Positions 52,916-64,000 of a stretch of 64,000 bases of DNA are shown here, piece by piece. The position numbers and the translations under genes were made by a program. Position 1 is the stretch's first letter; each line of letters opens with the position of its first letter. The notes beneath the pieces are model-generated. The model did no database searches, was not told the origin of the DNA, and saw nothing but the letters and a program-made list of their open reading frames with translations. The stretch is from Octopus vulgaris (taxonomy: Eukaryota): NCBI GenBank assembly GCA_951406725.2, contig OX597820.1:118916001-118980000 (forward strand), read 5' to 3'.

Positions 52916-53901
52916 TTCACCTTTGAACATAATGTAGGCTTCTAGAGCTTCAGTATTCGTTTAGTATTCCTAGAAGATCTACGTCGGTGTTTCTGCGTTG
53001 TCTACTTTCTTCGTATCCTCTCCAACTCTTCTTATCTCCTCATTTGAAGCAGAGTCCAGTGTCTTCTTTTCTTCTGTTGCTAATGTTTAGGCTGCCATAC
53101 ACGACACTACTATTCGTCTTCTCAACCCTCACAATCTTAATCTGTCTGTGGTGGCGTCCTTTTCTTGAGGTAAAAACCACCTGATATTTTTCCCCAGTCG
53201 ATTTGTTTCACTCAGTTTCCGACTGCTACTTTTAATTTCTTGCGGTAAACTATCTGAAATATGCATAAAACAATTATTTTCTCAGACGTAATAGATTCAA
53301 AAAAGTTATAAACACGCAAAGTTTTGTAAACTAAAATGCTGCGATTCTATTCGTTCAAGTCTGAAAACAAATTTCAATCCAGAAGTGTTGAGACAAATTT
53401 ATATTGTACCAAGTATGACATTAATACGTACACACGCACGTACACACACACTCACACGCACGCATACATAAATATTTACACGTGTTTATGTGTGTGTGTG
53501 TGTGTATGTGAATGTGAGCGTGTGTATGTGTGTAGTTGTTGTTGTTGTTAAACAACAAGACGGGTAAGGGTGATTAGGTGATGGTCTAGGGCTTAGGGGC
53601 GGATGACCCTTGGAGAAAAAAACTTTGGTCGTCTTGTAATCGAGGGCTCTTCGTTGACACCCGACACCACTGGGAGGTGGACCTCGAAGTCGCTGAAAAT
53701 GGAGATCTCCAGGTCCAAATTCTTGGACGGCTGTATGTGTGTATGTGAATGTGAGCGTGTGTGTGTGTGAATATGTATGTAAGCGTTTGCGTGTGTGTGT
53801 GTGTGTGTATGTGTGTGTTTGTGAATGTGAGTATTAGTATGTGTGCCTCTGTGTGTATGTGTGTGAACGTGTCTGTGTGTATGTGTGTGAACGTGAGTGT
53901 G

Positions 53902-53951
<50 letters not shown>

Positions 53952-55383
53952 CGTGAGTGTGAGCGCTCTCGCGTGCGCATGTGTGTGTCTGTGCGTGTAT
54001 CTATACACGAGATTCCATATCAGCGACATTTCCTCTATGAATGCATGGCATGTGTTGAATGCCCAACTGTTTAAATAAAGAACGAATCCCTCGAGAGTCT
54101 GCAAGAAGATCACGTAATATTATGTATCGTCTTCCAATTATATCTTGAGTTCTATTCTTGCATTCTCAGGCTTAAATTTCAGGAGGAATTCCTAGAGTGC
54201 TCGTTGAAGTATGTACAAAAAATAAATACGAAATTAACTGGTTCGTAGAAGAAGGGGAGATAAATCTGTGGCAAAACTTTCAGATTTTGGAATTAGAATC
54301 TAATATGCAGACAGTATGTTCCTAGCAGAGCTGCGAGAAATAGCTCTCTCTCTCTCTCTTTCATATTGTACTCCGTTATTCCAAGAACGGTTGCAGTAGC
54401 TAATATGGTCACCTATAAATTAAGTACCAGTTGCGTACTAGGGTCGATCTTATCGACTGGCACCAAAATTTCGGCGCCAAAATTTCGGGACATGGGATTA
54501 GAGTAGGAAAGAATATGGTCTCCTGTGTCCTGTGTTTATGGTTATTGTCAGTTTCTGTTGCAATTTATCGAAACAAACACGATAACGAACAATTATTTAG
54601 GACCAGAATTTAAAAAAACTATCGAGGTTGCCCCATGTCTGTTAAGAACCCAAAGAATTATAAAGCGGGGGCTTTACTCGGTTTCCATGATTTATTAGTG
54701 TCTGAGATTACACCTCCCCTGAACGGGACAACTGTCTTCCTAGCTATTATTGGAATTCATTTACATCTGGGTGGACTAAGGACTAAGAACACAAACCACT
54801 AACCAATCTGGGAATCGAAACCACGGTCTCACAACCGTGACCGCAACATCTCTAACCGATAGGCCACGTACATCCCAGCCATCGAGGTAGGTTTAGCAAA
54901 TATGCAATTTATATCTGAGGAAGCTGAAGCTTTTTAATGTATATTTGCCGCGAGAAGTGTAAGTTTTATAGTTTCATATTTTATCTTTTGTTGTAGAGTG
55001 AAAAAAAACACAGCCCGACTTTTAAACGGATTTCAGATTTTAGTTTTTAATAAGATTTTAAATTTTCTACCTTAAAAAGCTGGTAGCTTAACGGAATCGC
55101 AGTGGATTTTAACACCTAACTCATTGAGAAAATTAACCCGAGGCTAAACAGCAACTGTAACGAGTTATTCTATGGATACGAAATATAAACACTTCGAAAA
55201 TTTTGTCATATAGAATTAATTTAATGCATCATGTCCGTTGATCAGAAATATATTTGGATCGAATTGGAAAATAAATAATTTTCTGAAATCCAATTTTAAT
55301 ACATAACATTGAGTTGCTTTAATATAATTATGGAAATGAATCTAAACATAGCATAACGGACATTGCAAGCGCACACAAACACT

Positions 55384-55439
<56 letters not shown>

Positions 55440-55440
<1 letters not shown>

Positions 55441-55596
55441 ACATAGAGTTACATATCTCCAAACACACAACATATACGCAAACACACAACATATACGCAA
55501 ACACACAACATATACGCAAACACACAACATATACGCAAACACACAACATATACGCAAACACACATACCCATACATAGACTAACACAAGCACGCACA

Positions 55597-55637
<41 letters not shown>

Positions 55638-55816
55638 AGACAGGGTTTCATATCTCCAAACACACAACATATACGCAAACACACATACTCATACATAGAC
55701 TAACACAAGCACGCACAGACACATACACACACACACACATAGAGTTACATATCTCCAAACACACAACATATACGCAAACACACATACCCATACATAGACT
55801 AACACAAGCACGCACA

Positions 55817-55881
<65 letters not shown>

Positions 55882-55985
55882 AGACAGGGTTTCATATCTC
55901 CAAACACACACAGTGTCACATATCTCCAAACACGCAATACATCCGCAAATACACATAACCATACATAGACTCACACAAGCACGCG
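55440..55985. repeat. Higher-order CA-rich minisatellite
   Basis: 19-bp AAACACACAACATATACGC x5 (55461-55555) within longer units alternating ATAGAGTTACATATCTCC and AGACAGGGTTTCATATCTCC. Confidence 0.9.
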
Positions 55986-56537
55986 TAAACACCTAATATA
56001 ATTTTGTTTGCATTGGTGAAATTTTCATTCTAGATTGAAAATAACTTATTAATATTCATTACAAAAGAAAATAATAATAATTCTGAAATATCCGCATAAT
56101 TCTCTCTGCACATATTAGCTGGTAAAAGTTGACAAATAAGATTTTATTTAAAAGTAAGTCTACAGGGTAAACCTTACGTCATCTTAATTCCATAAAATTT
56201 CATTCAATGTGTGTGTGTGTGAGCGCGCGTTCATGTGAGTGTGTACGCACGCGCGTGTGTGAGTACGTGTGTGTGAGTACGTGTGTGCATGTTTGTGTGT
56301 GTATGTGTGTGTACATGGGTATATGTAAATACGCACAGCGAGACACACACCTATTAGAAGAAAGATGAAGAACCTTCAGTTGCTCAATCAATTGAAACCA
56401 CTGCTCCTAATACCACGTGTGCTTGGCTGAGTACTCCGCAGATAGTTGTTGCATTTAGCTTATTCTCAAGCAGTGTGTGACACGGCTGTGCCTCATGAAT
56501 TCCAAGTCAATCACAGACAAAGGGTCGACTCGAGTTA

Positions 56538-56702
56538 AAACTCGGCAATGACACCCCGGTCTCGCGCCATGTCTGCTCTACTGGTTATTCACTACAACAC
56601 CTGTCTGTGTTCGAAATGCCTTTGCACAGGGGACATCCGGACTCCCGCCTCCGCAGTGAAGGGGAATTAATCATCTCTCTTCGCTTCTTTGTGCCACATG
56701 AG
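56538..56702 (+). mobile_element. Penelope-like element GIY-YIG endonuclease C-terminal fragment
   Basis: [20 protein letters not shown]....[25 protein letters not shown] fits the PVA.HF...GHS...L.V.....R...E..LI..L....P.GLN pattern. Confidence 0.75.
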
Positions 56703-56753
56703 AAACAAGGAGAGAAAAAAATATCTATAGTGGCTACCGATCTATCATGGCGA

Positions 56754-56798
<45 letters not shown>

Positions 56799-56822
56799 GT
56801 ATATAATGTGTATGTATATGTA

Positions 56823-56864
<42 letters not shown>

Positions 56865-56881
56865 ATGTGTATGTATATGTA

Positions 56882-56975
<94 letters not shown>

Positions 56976-57399
56976 AATATATATATATAGTGATGAGGAA
57001 AACATTCCAAACGTGGCCATTTCGTATATTTTAAGGATTTTATAGGCACATTTCTTATACTTGAACGGTATCCAGTATTGCCAACAAGGATAATCTGCTG
57101 GTAAGATATTCGGGTATAAGATAATAATCTCGAAATATCAATAAAATCTAGGATATAAGTAGAATATATGAACATAAGAAGAAAGTGAAATATTTATTCT
57201 GGGGACTTGTTTACAAATAAGGCCATACACACGGAAGGCAAATGAAAACATGTTTCTAAGTAAACATAAATTTATCGCCTATATATCGCCTGATAAAGAT
57301 TGTGTGTGTGTGTGTGTGTGTTTGTGTATGTGTGTATGAGTGTATATGTACCGCTGAAATCTATAAGTTTTTCACTCTCTCACTTTGCTTATTTTATCC

Positions 57400-57533
57400 T
57401 ATTCCTCTCTGTTAAAGAGCGTAGGCTCGAAACTTAAAAGATTTTTTTAACTTTTTCCGAGCGTCAAATCAATATATTTGCTTCTTTTTCCTCCACCTGT
57501 CTCCTTCTTTTGCTTTTCTATAAATTTCAACTG
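57400..57533 (+). mobile_element. Penelope-like terminal-repeat fragment with decayed hammerhead
   Basis: CTGTTAA-A-GAGC-GTAG-GCTC-GAAA-CT-TA-AAAGA; a truncated relative lies at 13080-13181. Confidence 0.5.
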
Positions 57534-57543
57534 TATATATATG

Positions 57544-57590
<47 letters not shown>

Positions 57591-57593
<3 letters not shown>

Positions 57594-57652
57594 GGTGCCC
57601 CAGCATGGCCACAGCTCATAAGCTGAAACTGGAAAAATCAAATCAAAAATCA
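57591..57652 (+). mobile_element. Isolated LINE/SINE-B-type 3' tail in (TA)n
   Basis: GGCGGTGCCCCAGCATGGCCACAGCTC..GCTGAAACTGGAAAAATC. Confidence 0.75.
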
Positions 57653-58027
57653 AAAAAATATATATACATATATATATATAAACGTCCACACATATTTCAA
57701 GATGTACTAACTGAATGGAAAACAGGAATCTCCAACGATAACAGAAAAGGGTAAATTGCAAAACCGGGTCGAAATAAGGAATAGAAACTTCGCCTTCCCT
57801 CACGTTTACGCATCGATCATCAATGATCTATTTTTTTAAATCTCTCTATAACTTCAAATTCTATAGAAACAAGTTCTTTCATATATAGTACCGTGCTAGA
57901 GTTTTATTACCGCGTTAAAAATGCGTATTTTATTGTTGTAATTAGATTTATCTTGTAGCTATTACTTTGTGATAATATTATAAGTAATTATTATGTATTG
58001 TAAGTATTAATTTACATATATTATGTG

Positions 58028-58306
58028 TGAAAGCGCATGAGTTGGAGGTTTGGCATATTACAATCATGAGTTCGTTGTTTCGATTCCCACACTTTCGGCC
58101 AAACGCATCATTTACTGTTGCGGCAGTCCACTGAACTACAAAAGAGTAACCTTGGAACGGTCTAGCCTTCCAATCAAGGTAACAGTTGGCCTGCTCGCCC
58201 AGCCAGCGAAACGGTATCAGTCGTAAGCTAAAACGATGCAAAGCGCACTGTGACCAGCGATGTATAACGACATGCAATAGTCTGCTCGATCACATGATCA
58301 CGTGAT
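58028..58306 (+). mobile_element. SINE family E, diverged
   Basis: GTTTCGATTCCC B box, GGCCTGCTCGCC.AGCCAGC, tail GATCAC.TGATCACGTGA. Confidence 0.65.
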
Positions 58307-58464
58307 AATTATTATGTAAAAAAGAACTATTGGTCTCCTTCCACCCCGTCGTGTTTGGCTGCAGAGCCTCTAATATGTTGAAGTTATATAAAGTAGAGTT
58401 GAATAATAACATTGCTTGGTTATCTCAGCATTGAAAGCTTTTAATAATGTTTGCAAATATTGTG

Positions 58465-58693
58465 ACTGTTGGGTAAGAACTTTGCCTCCGAAATCCATGA
58501 CGCAGGGTTCAGTACTACGGTGTGGTACCTTCGGGAAGTGTCTTTTACTATAGCTCCGGGTCGACCAAATTCTTGTGAGAGGATTTGGTTGGCGGAAACT
58601 GAGAGAAACCCGTCGTATATCGTTTTTCTTGTTTCAGCTCAGAGCTGCGGCCATGCTGATGCACCGCCGTTACATATATATGTTTATATATTA

Positions 58694-58735
<42 letters not shown>

Positions 58736-58742
58736 TATATAC

Positions 58743-58807
<65 letters not shown>

Positions 58808-59072
58808 ATATAAACATGTATATATATGTGCATATGCATGTATGTATGTATATATGTGTGTTTGTGGCAGTGCTTGTCTTTCCTGCCACCGCTTGAGAAC
58901 CGCTGCTGGTGTACATACGTCTGCATAACTTAGCGCTTCGGCAAAATATTCCGATAAAGTACCCGGTTTAAAACAAATAAGTACATGAGGTCGATACATT
59001 CAACTAAATACTTTTCAAGGCGTTGCCCCAGCATGGGCACAGTCTAATGATTCGAACAGAAGACAAAAGATA
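58465..59072 (+). mobile_element. SINE family B (diverged) with nested inverted tail at 58622-58669
   Basis: Family B colinearity; insert TTGTTTCAGCTCAGAGCTGCGGCCATGCTG.TGCACCGCC is the reverse complement of the shared tail. Confidence 0.82.
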
Positions 59073-59367
59073 AATATCTGTATAAATATTCGTGAGAAAT
59101 CGGGTGAAATACCGTCTCTAGCGACGTCCGTATTTCGGGGATTTTCCTGCCAAGAAGAATCCCATGATCCCCAGTGATATTCTGCACATGGAATTTCTTC
59201 CTCTTTATGGGAACTTTCCAGAATTTTACGAAGCGTTAACATTAAAGTCCCTTCATGTGATACGACACTATCGAAATTGCTAAAGGTTGCTCGTAAAGTT
59301 TTGCTTCGACTTCACACACACACACACATGCACAGTCAAGCACAACCATATACATATGTGTTCATGC

Positions 59368-59416
<49 letters not shown>

Positions 59417-59737
59417 TGTATATACATATACATATTTGTGTATATATTTATATATATATATATATACACCTGCATGTAAATATGCATGTATATGTATATG
59501 TATATATATATTTATACATATATATATACATTCATATATATGTATATATATGTATGTATATATACATATACAACTGCATGTATAAATGTATGTATGTATA
59601 TAAATATGTATATATATGTATATATGTATAAATATATATATATATACATATATATATATAGATGTAGATATATATATATACATATATATACAAATATACA
59701 TATATAAATATACAAATACACAGACACACACACACAC

Positions 59738-59788
<51 letters not shown>

Positions 59789-60706
59789 TGCATAAATATG
59801 AATGCTGGAGTTATTGTTTCGGCACTGATTCCGATGTGATGTTTATAATTGCGTAGAAATGGGACAACAGGCTCTCAGGCAAGATTCCACTCTAATTTAA
59901 TTAGTCTCTTTGCTAATGTGATTTAGATGTTTCAAATAATGTTCAATAGTAACGAAGAATAAATGGAAAATAAATCCTTTGAAATTAAATGAGATTTCAC
60001 TTAATCTAACTAACACTGGAATATCTTTTATTTAGTTAGAGAGCAGAGCAGAAAGAGATAATGGCTTTGATATTTTTAGGCTCTCTTAAACTGCAGAGGA
60101 CATCATTATTGCTTAAAGTTAGCACGTTTGAGCTTTAGACTTGATCTGATGCACTTTAGTAATTACAAACCAGATATGGAAGGTTAGGTTCTTCATAGGA
60201 AAGAGAAAACATTGAGATGAATGCTTCGAAGGTTTGGTAAATGTTTCAGTCATTACTTGGGTGGTGGAACCATATTTATTACCTGTCTATTAGATTGTGC
60301 TACTGGTGTAAACGTTTGGAATGAAATCCAGTTCAGGTGCCGGGTTATTGCTATGTATTTCATCAGCAAATGTTCAATTTTAAAAGCCTTAGTTTCAGTA
60401 GACATTCTGGTATAACTCCTAAACCATTTGTTGTATGAAATAAATGCCGAGGGCAACTACAAGGAAATATCTATTTCTCTTTCAGTTAAAATTTAAACCA
60501 GATGTTGTCCATAGCCTCTAGAATATCCTTCACTGCTTTCGAACACATTTACGTATGCTTTGTTGACTGCCGACATCAGGTTGAATATCACACTGTAGAA
60601 AAAGAGAATATCATATAACTGATACAATGGATGTTTAGTTCCAAACAAGGAACAATAATATTTTGAAAGAATCTATTCGTGTGCAAGTTGAATTGCACGA
60701 TAAACT

Positions 60707-60784
<78 letters not shown>

Positions 60785-60919
60785 CACACTCACACACGCA
60801 TACACATACACATAAATACATACATACATATATATACACATGTAACTATGAGACAGATCTGTACATGCACTGACAGCAAATACCTGCACATATACACACA
60901 GGCAAACATGTATAGCCAT

Positions 60920-61045
60920 CCTACTGCTGTTGTTGAAATTCCAACGAAGGGACCTTGGGTCGAAGTTAGAAACTGGCTTTTTCAGCATTGGTAAGAAATT
61001 TCAGAAAGAGAAAAAAAACAACTAAATAATAACGTACGCATACAT
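60920..61045 (+). mobile_element. Diverged 3' UTR end of the R4/Dong family at 15314-16671
   Basis: TGTTGAAATTCCAA.GAAGG...TTGG.TC...GTTAGAAAC.G....ATTGG.AAGAAATTT matches 16572-16671. Confidence 0.75.
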
Positions 61046-61219
61046 AAACACATCACACAGTGTAAACGTTTCTGGTCAAATATGACATCATCAGTAAAAT
61101 TTTGTGAGACTGCATGCAAAACTAGCGAAAGGAAAATCATTGTTGGCTGGTGGAAACTCATAAACCTGTTTAAAACTTGCTGAACGCAGAACTTGATGTT
61201 CCAGATTAGCTGGGTATTG

Positions 61220-61659
61220 GGATATTTTCGGTTTGAACGGCAGTTTCTAAAATAATTTGTAGGTAACTAAAAAATTTTAAACTTTGTATACTGGTAGAAT
61301 GTGTTTATAAAACATCTTTTTCTCTTGGCTTTATTGAGGAAATCCAAAAGTTTGTAAGATATTTATTGTCATTTTCTTCAATTTCTGCAATTTCAACGAA
61401 TCAATTACGTCTATTGAGGTAAAAAAACATTCTGTGCCGTATGAATATGTCCCTTGTTTAAGAAAAAGATTGGGTTTATTTACGCTTGTGAAGAAAAAAA
61501 GATACCCTTCCCCCCACTCCTAACCCTAACCCTAACCCTAACTAACCCTAAGCCTAAAACAGATTGAAATGCAATAGATCGATACTAGGGTCATAATTAT
61601 GGGTGACAATTTCATATGACACCGCTAGAAAAAAACAGCCGTTCAAACCGAAATGATCG
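61220..61659 (+). mobile_element. MITE family D, full copy
   Basis: TIRs present; TSD GGGTATTG / GAGTATTG; (CCCTAA)n at about 61519-61550. Confidence 0.9.
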
Positions 61660-61948
61660 GAGTATTGCACATACAAAGCTAGAGTCTATGAGGAATGCAA
61701 CGCGTCGAACAAACTATAGTTTCATGTCGGTCTTAAATGTTATTGCTTAAGCTGTTGCTTGAATGCCTTTGTGCAGATTGACCACGTGACTGTGATTATG
61801 CCCGTCTTAGCAGTGAACGCTTTGTTAGAGCTCTTTAGTTTTGCCAGAGATAAATGATAAGGTCTGCAGAAAAGAGGAAATTTAAGTTACCCATACACAT
61901 CTGCCGATGATCTGAAGTTGTGTTTAAGTAATATTCATGTTACCAAAA

Positions 61949-62254
61949 GTGGGGGCACAAGTCCTAGTGTTTAGAGCAGCGGACATGCGGTCGAGGGATG
62001 CGGGTTCGAATCTCAGACCGGGCGATGTGTGTGTGTTTATGAGCGAAACACCAAAGTTCCACGCGGCTCCGGCAGAAGGTAATGGCGAAACTTCTGCTGA
62101 CTCTTTCGCCACAACTTTCTCTCACTCTTTCCTCCTCCATCTTGCAGCTCACCTGCGACGGACCGGCGTCCCGTCCAGGTGAGGAACCTATACGCCAAGG
62201 AAACCGGGAAATCGGCCCTTATGAGCCAGGCTTAGCTCGAGAAGGAACAAACAA
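61949..62254 (+). mobile_element. SINE with family-C head and a different 3' half
   Basis: First ~200 bp align with family C (GAGCGAAA.CACC.AA..TCCACG.GGCTCCGGCAG..CCACAACTTTCTCTCACTCTT), then diverge; TSD ATGTTACCAA at 61937 and 62255. Confidence 0.88.
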
Positions 62255-62973
62255 ATGTTACCAAGAAATTGAGCTGTAAGTGTTCAGTCAAAATAAGATT
62301 ATTGACCATATAAAGAATACGGATATCAATGACCTTTCCTGAGAATGCTACAACAAACAAAGATTGGCTAAGAATATTGCATCTGTTAATGCTGAGATTA
62401 AAGTTAGCCTGGCAAAGAAATTAGCCATCAGACTTCGGAATGTAAATCTGTCAGCATTCAATCTAACCAAATCCCATAACACCTTCTTAGTACAATTCCA
62501 AATGAGAAAATTGGTTCTGATCGCCTGGATATATGAAACGATCAGCAGTTTATTTGTCCTGGCAATGATCTTGATTACCACAGAACCTAGATATTTTACC
62601 TTTCATATGTTATTTGTTTCAATTAATAAACCTTAGCTATGCTGGAGCACCGCCTTCAAATATTTTTAGCCGATCGAGCGTCCTTTGGTGTCTGCCTACC
62701 AAATCCAATCGCAAGGCTTTGAACGTCCCGACGCTGTAGAAGAAATGTTGTTGGGAAGAAAACGTCGTACAACAGCGCCACATCTACGCTTGGACATGAA
62801 TAGAAAACGCCAGCGGGAAGTGCCACAACGACAGTGATATACGTACATCAGGACTATGTTAGGTGTAGTGATGAATCCACAAAGTCCCACTCCAAACAAC
62901 CTTCCCTACCCAGACAACTTTTCTCTGTCTCTAAGACAAAATACTGAGTAGCAACAGGGAGAAAGCAACATAC

Positions 62974-63203
62974 CTATTTCTTTACTACCCACAAGGGGCT
63001 AAACACAGAGGGAACAAACAAGGACAGACATAGGTATTAAGTCGTTTACATCGACCCCAGTGCGTAACTGGTACTTAATTTATCGACTCCGAAAGGATGA
63101 AAGGCAAAGTCGACCTCGGCGGAATTTGAACTCACAACGTAACGGCAGCCGAAATACCGCTAAGCATTTCGCCCGGCGTGCTAACGTTTCTGCCAGCTCG
63201 CCG
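62974..63203 (-). mobile_element. SINE family A, full length
   Basis: Reverse-complement copy; TSD GCAACATACC. Confidence 0.92.
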
Positions 63204-63204
63204 C

Positions 63205-63310
63205 AACATACCACATGAACACTCATCAGTGAAAATAACAAATTGAGAGGAGATGTTATTCTGAGCTGACAGTTGTTCCTGTGAGTCAAGAATGGTTTAA
63301 CTAGTTTGGA
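63205..63310 (-). mobile_element. Possible decayed Tc1-type transposase fragment
   Basis: VKPFLTHRN and, in another frame, FVIFTDEC resemble Tc1 KP.LT..H...R and VIF(T/S)DE motifs; both are very short. Confidence 0.3.
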
Positions 63311-63775
63311 ACACGCTGGAACTGAAAAGAGAAAGGTTCATTATATCAGGAAATATCTGTGATATCAAAATTGTGGATATGAAGTGTAGTCCTGTCTAGA
63401 TCTGTCTTAGACTCATTACCTGCCGTAAAGGAGAGTGTAACTTCGTTATTTAGACCCAGCTCAGGACTACATTATAACTGGTGAATACCAGAGATTAAGG
63501 TGCGTTTACACCTGCAAATTCTATATAGAAATAATTAGTGTAGAAGATATTCCCCCCACCATTCCTTCAAAATATCCTCATATGCTACTCAGCCTTATCA
63601 TATGCAATGACTTTCAAACAATTTATAATGAGATCTACAGGAAGGATTCAATACAAGTGTCATAGATTTCAATTATGCTCTTCTGTCTTTCTGTGACTGA
63701 AAAAAATCACAACCAGCAAAATATGATTCCTTCTTGAATTTTATCAGCAGTATTTATTAATATCATATACACATC

Positions 63776-63806
<31 letters not shown>

Positions 63807-63818
63807 CATATATATTCA

Positions 63819-63877
<59 letters not shown>

Positions 63878-64000
63878 GTATATGCATATGTATATATATA
63901 AATATATATGTATGATTACCATAATATAATATAAACGTGCACACATGAGCACACGCACGCGCATGTTAAACACCGCATTATTTACAGTTGTTTTAATTTC

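Noticed and set aside
51800-53270. Faint RT-like motifs in degraded sequence (also 51440 'IMEDFNAW', 60100-60560 'FADE', and 62270-62640)
   Set aside because: Probably ancient retroelement debris, but too decayed to classify by eye.
55461-55555. Regular 19-bp direct repeats suggestive of a CRISPR array
   Set aside because: No spacers, eukaryotic context and no cas genes; this is a tandem minisatellite.

Overview
AT-rich eukaryotic non-coding DNA, saturated with microsatellites and transposon debris. The SINE repertoire and the (TA)n/(CATA)n/(TAA)n load suggest an octopus or other coleoid intron or intergenic region; this is an inference. No host protein-coding gene can be supported, and nearly all listed ORFs are microsatellite read-throughs. 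Contents: at least five tRNA-derived SINE families; LINE fragments of the CR1-group, RTE, Tx1/L1, R4/Dong and Penelope types; a non-autonomous Helitron (4 copies); and two MITE families. The most striking signal is a set of short inserts, mostly flanked by (TA)n and often inverted, that carry minimal type I hammerhead ribozyme folds with palindromic stem III, as known from Penelope-like elements. Among them are (i) a two-copy family with a compensatory G3-C8 swap of the catalytic C3-G8 pair and (ii) a tRNA-headed SINE with a hammerhead near its 3' end. Also notable: a twin-primed (5'-inverted) RTE insertion, an R4/Dong element sitting in (CATA)n instead of (TAA)n, a LINE-SINE shared 3' tail, and a MITE end captured inside a Helitron. 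All alignments and folds were done by eye, so coordinates may be off by a few bases.
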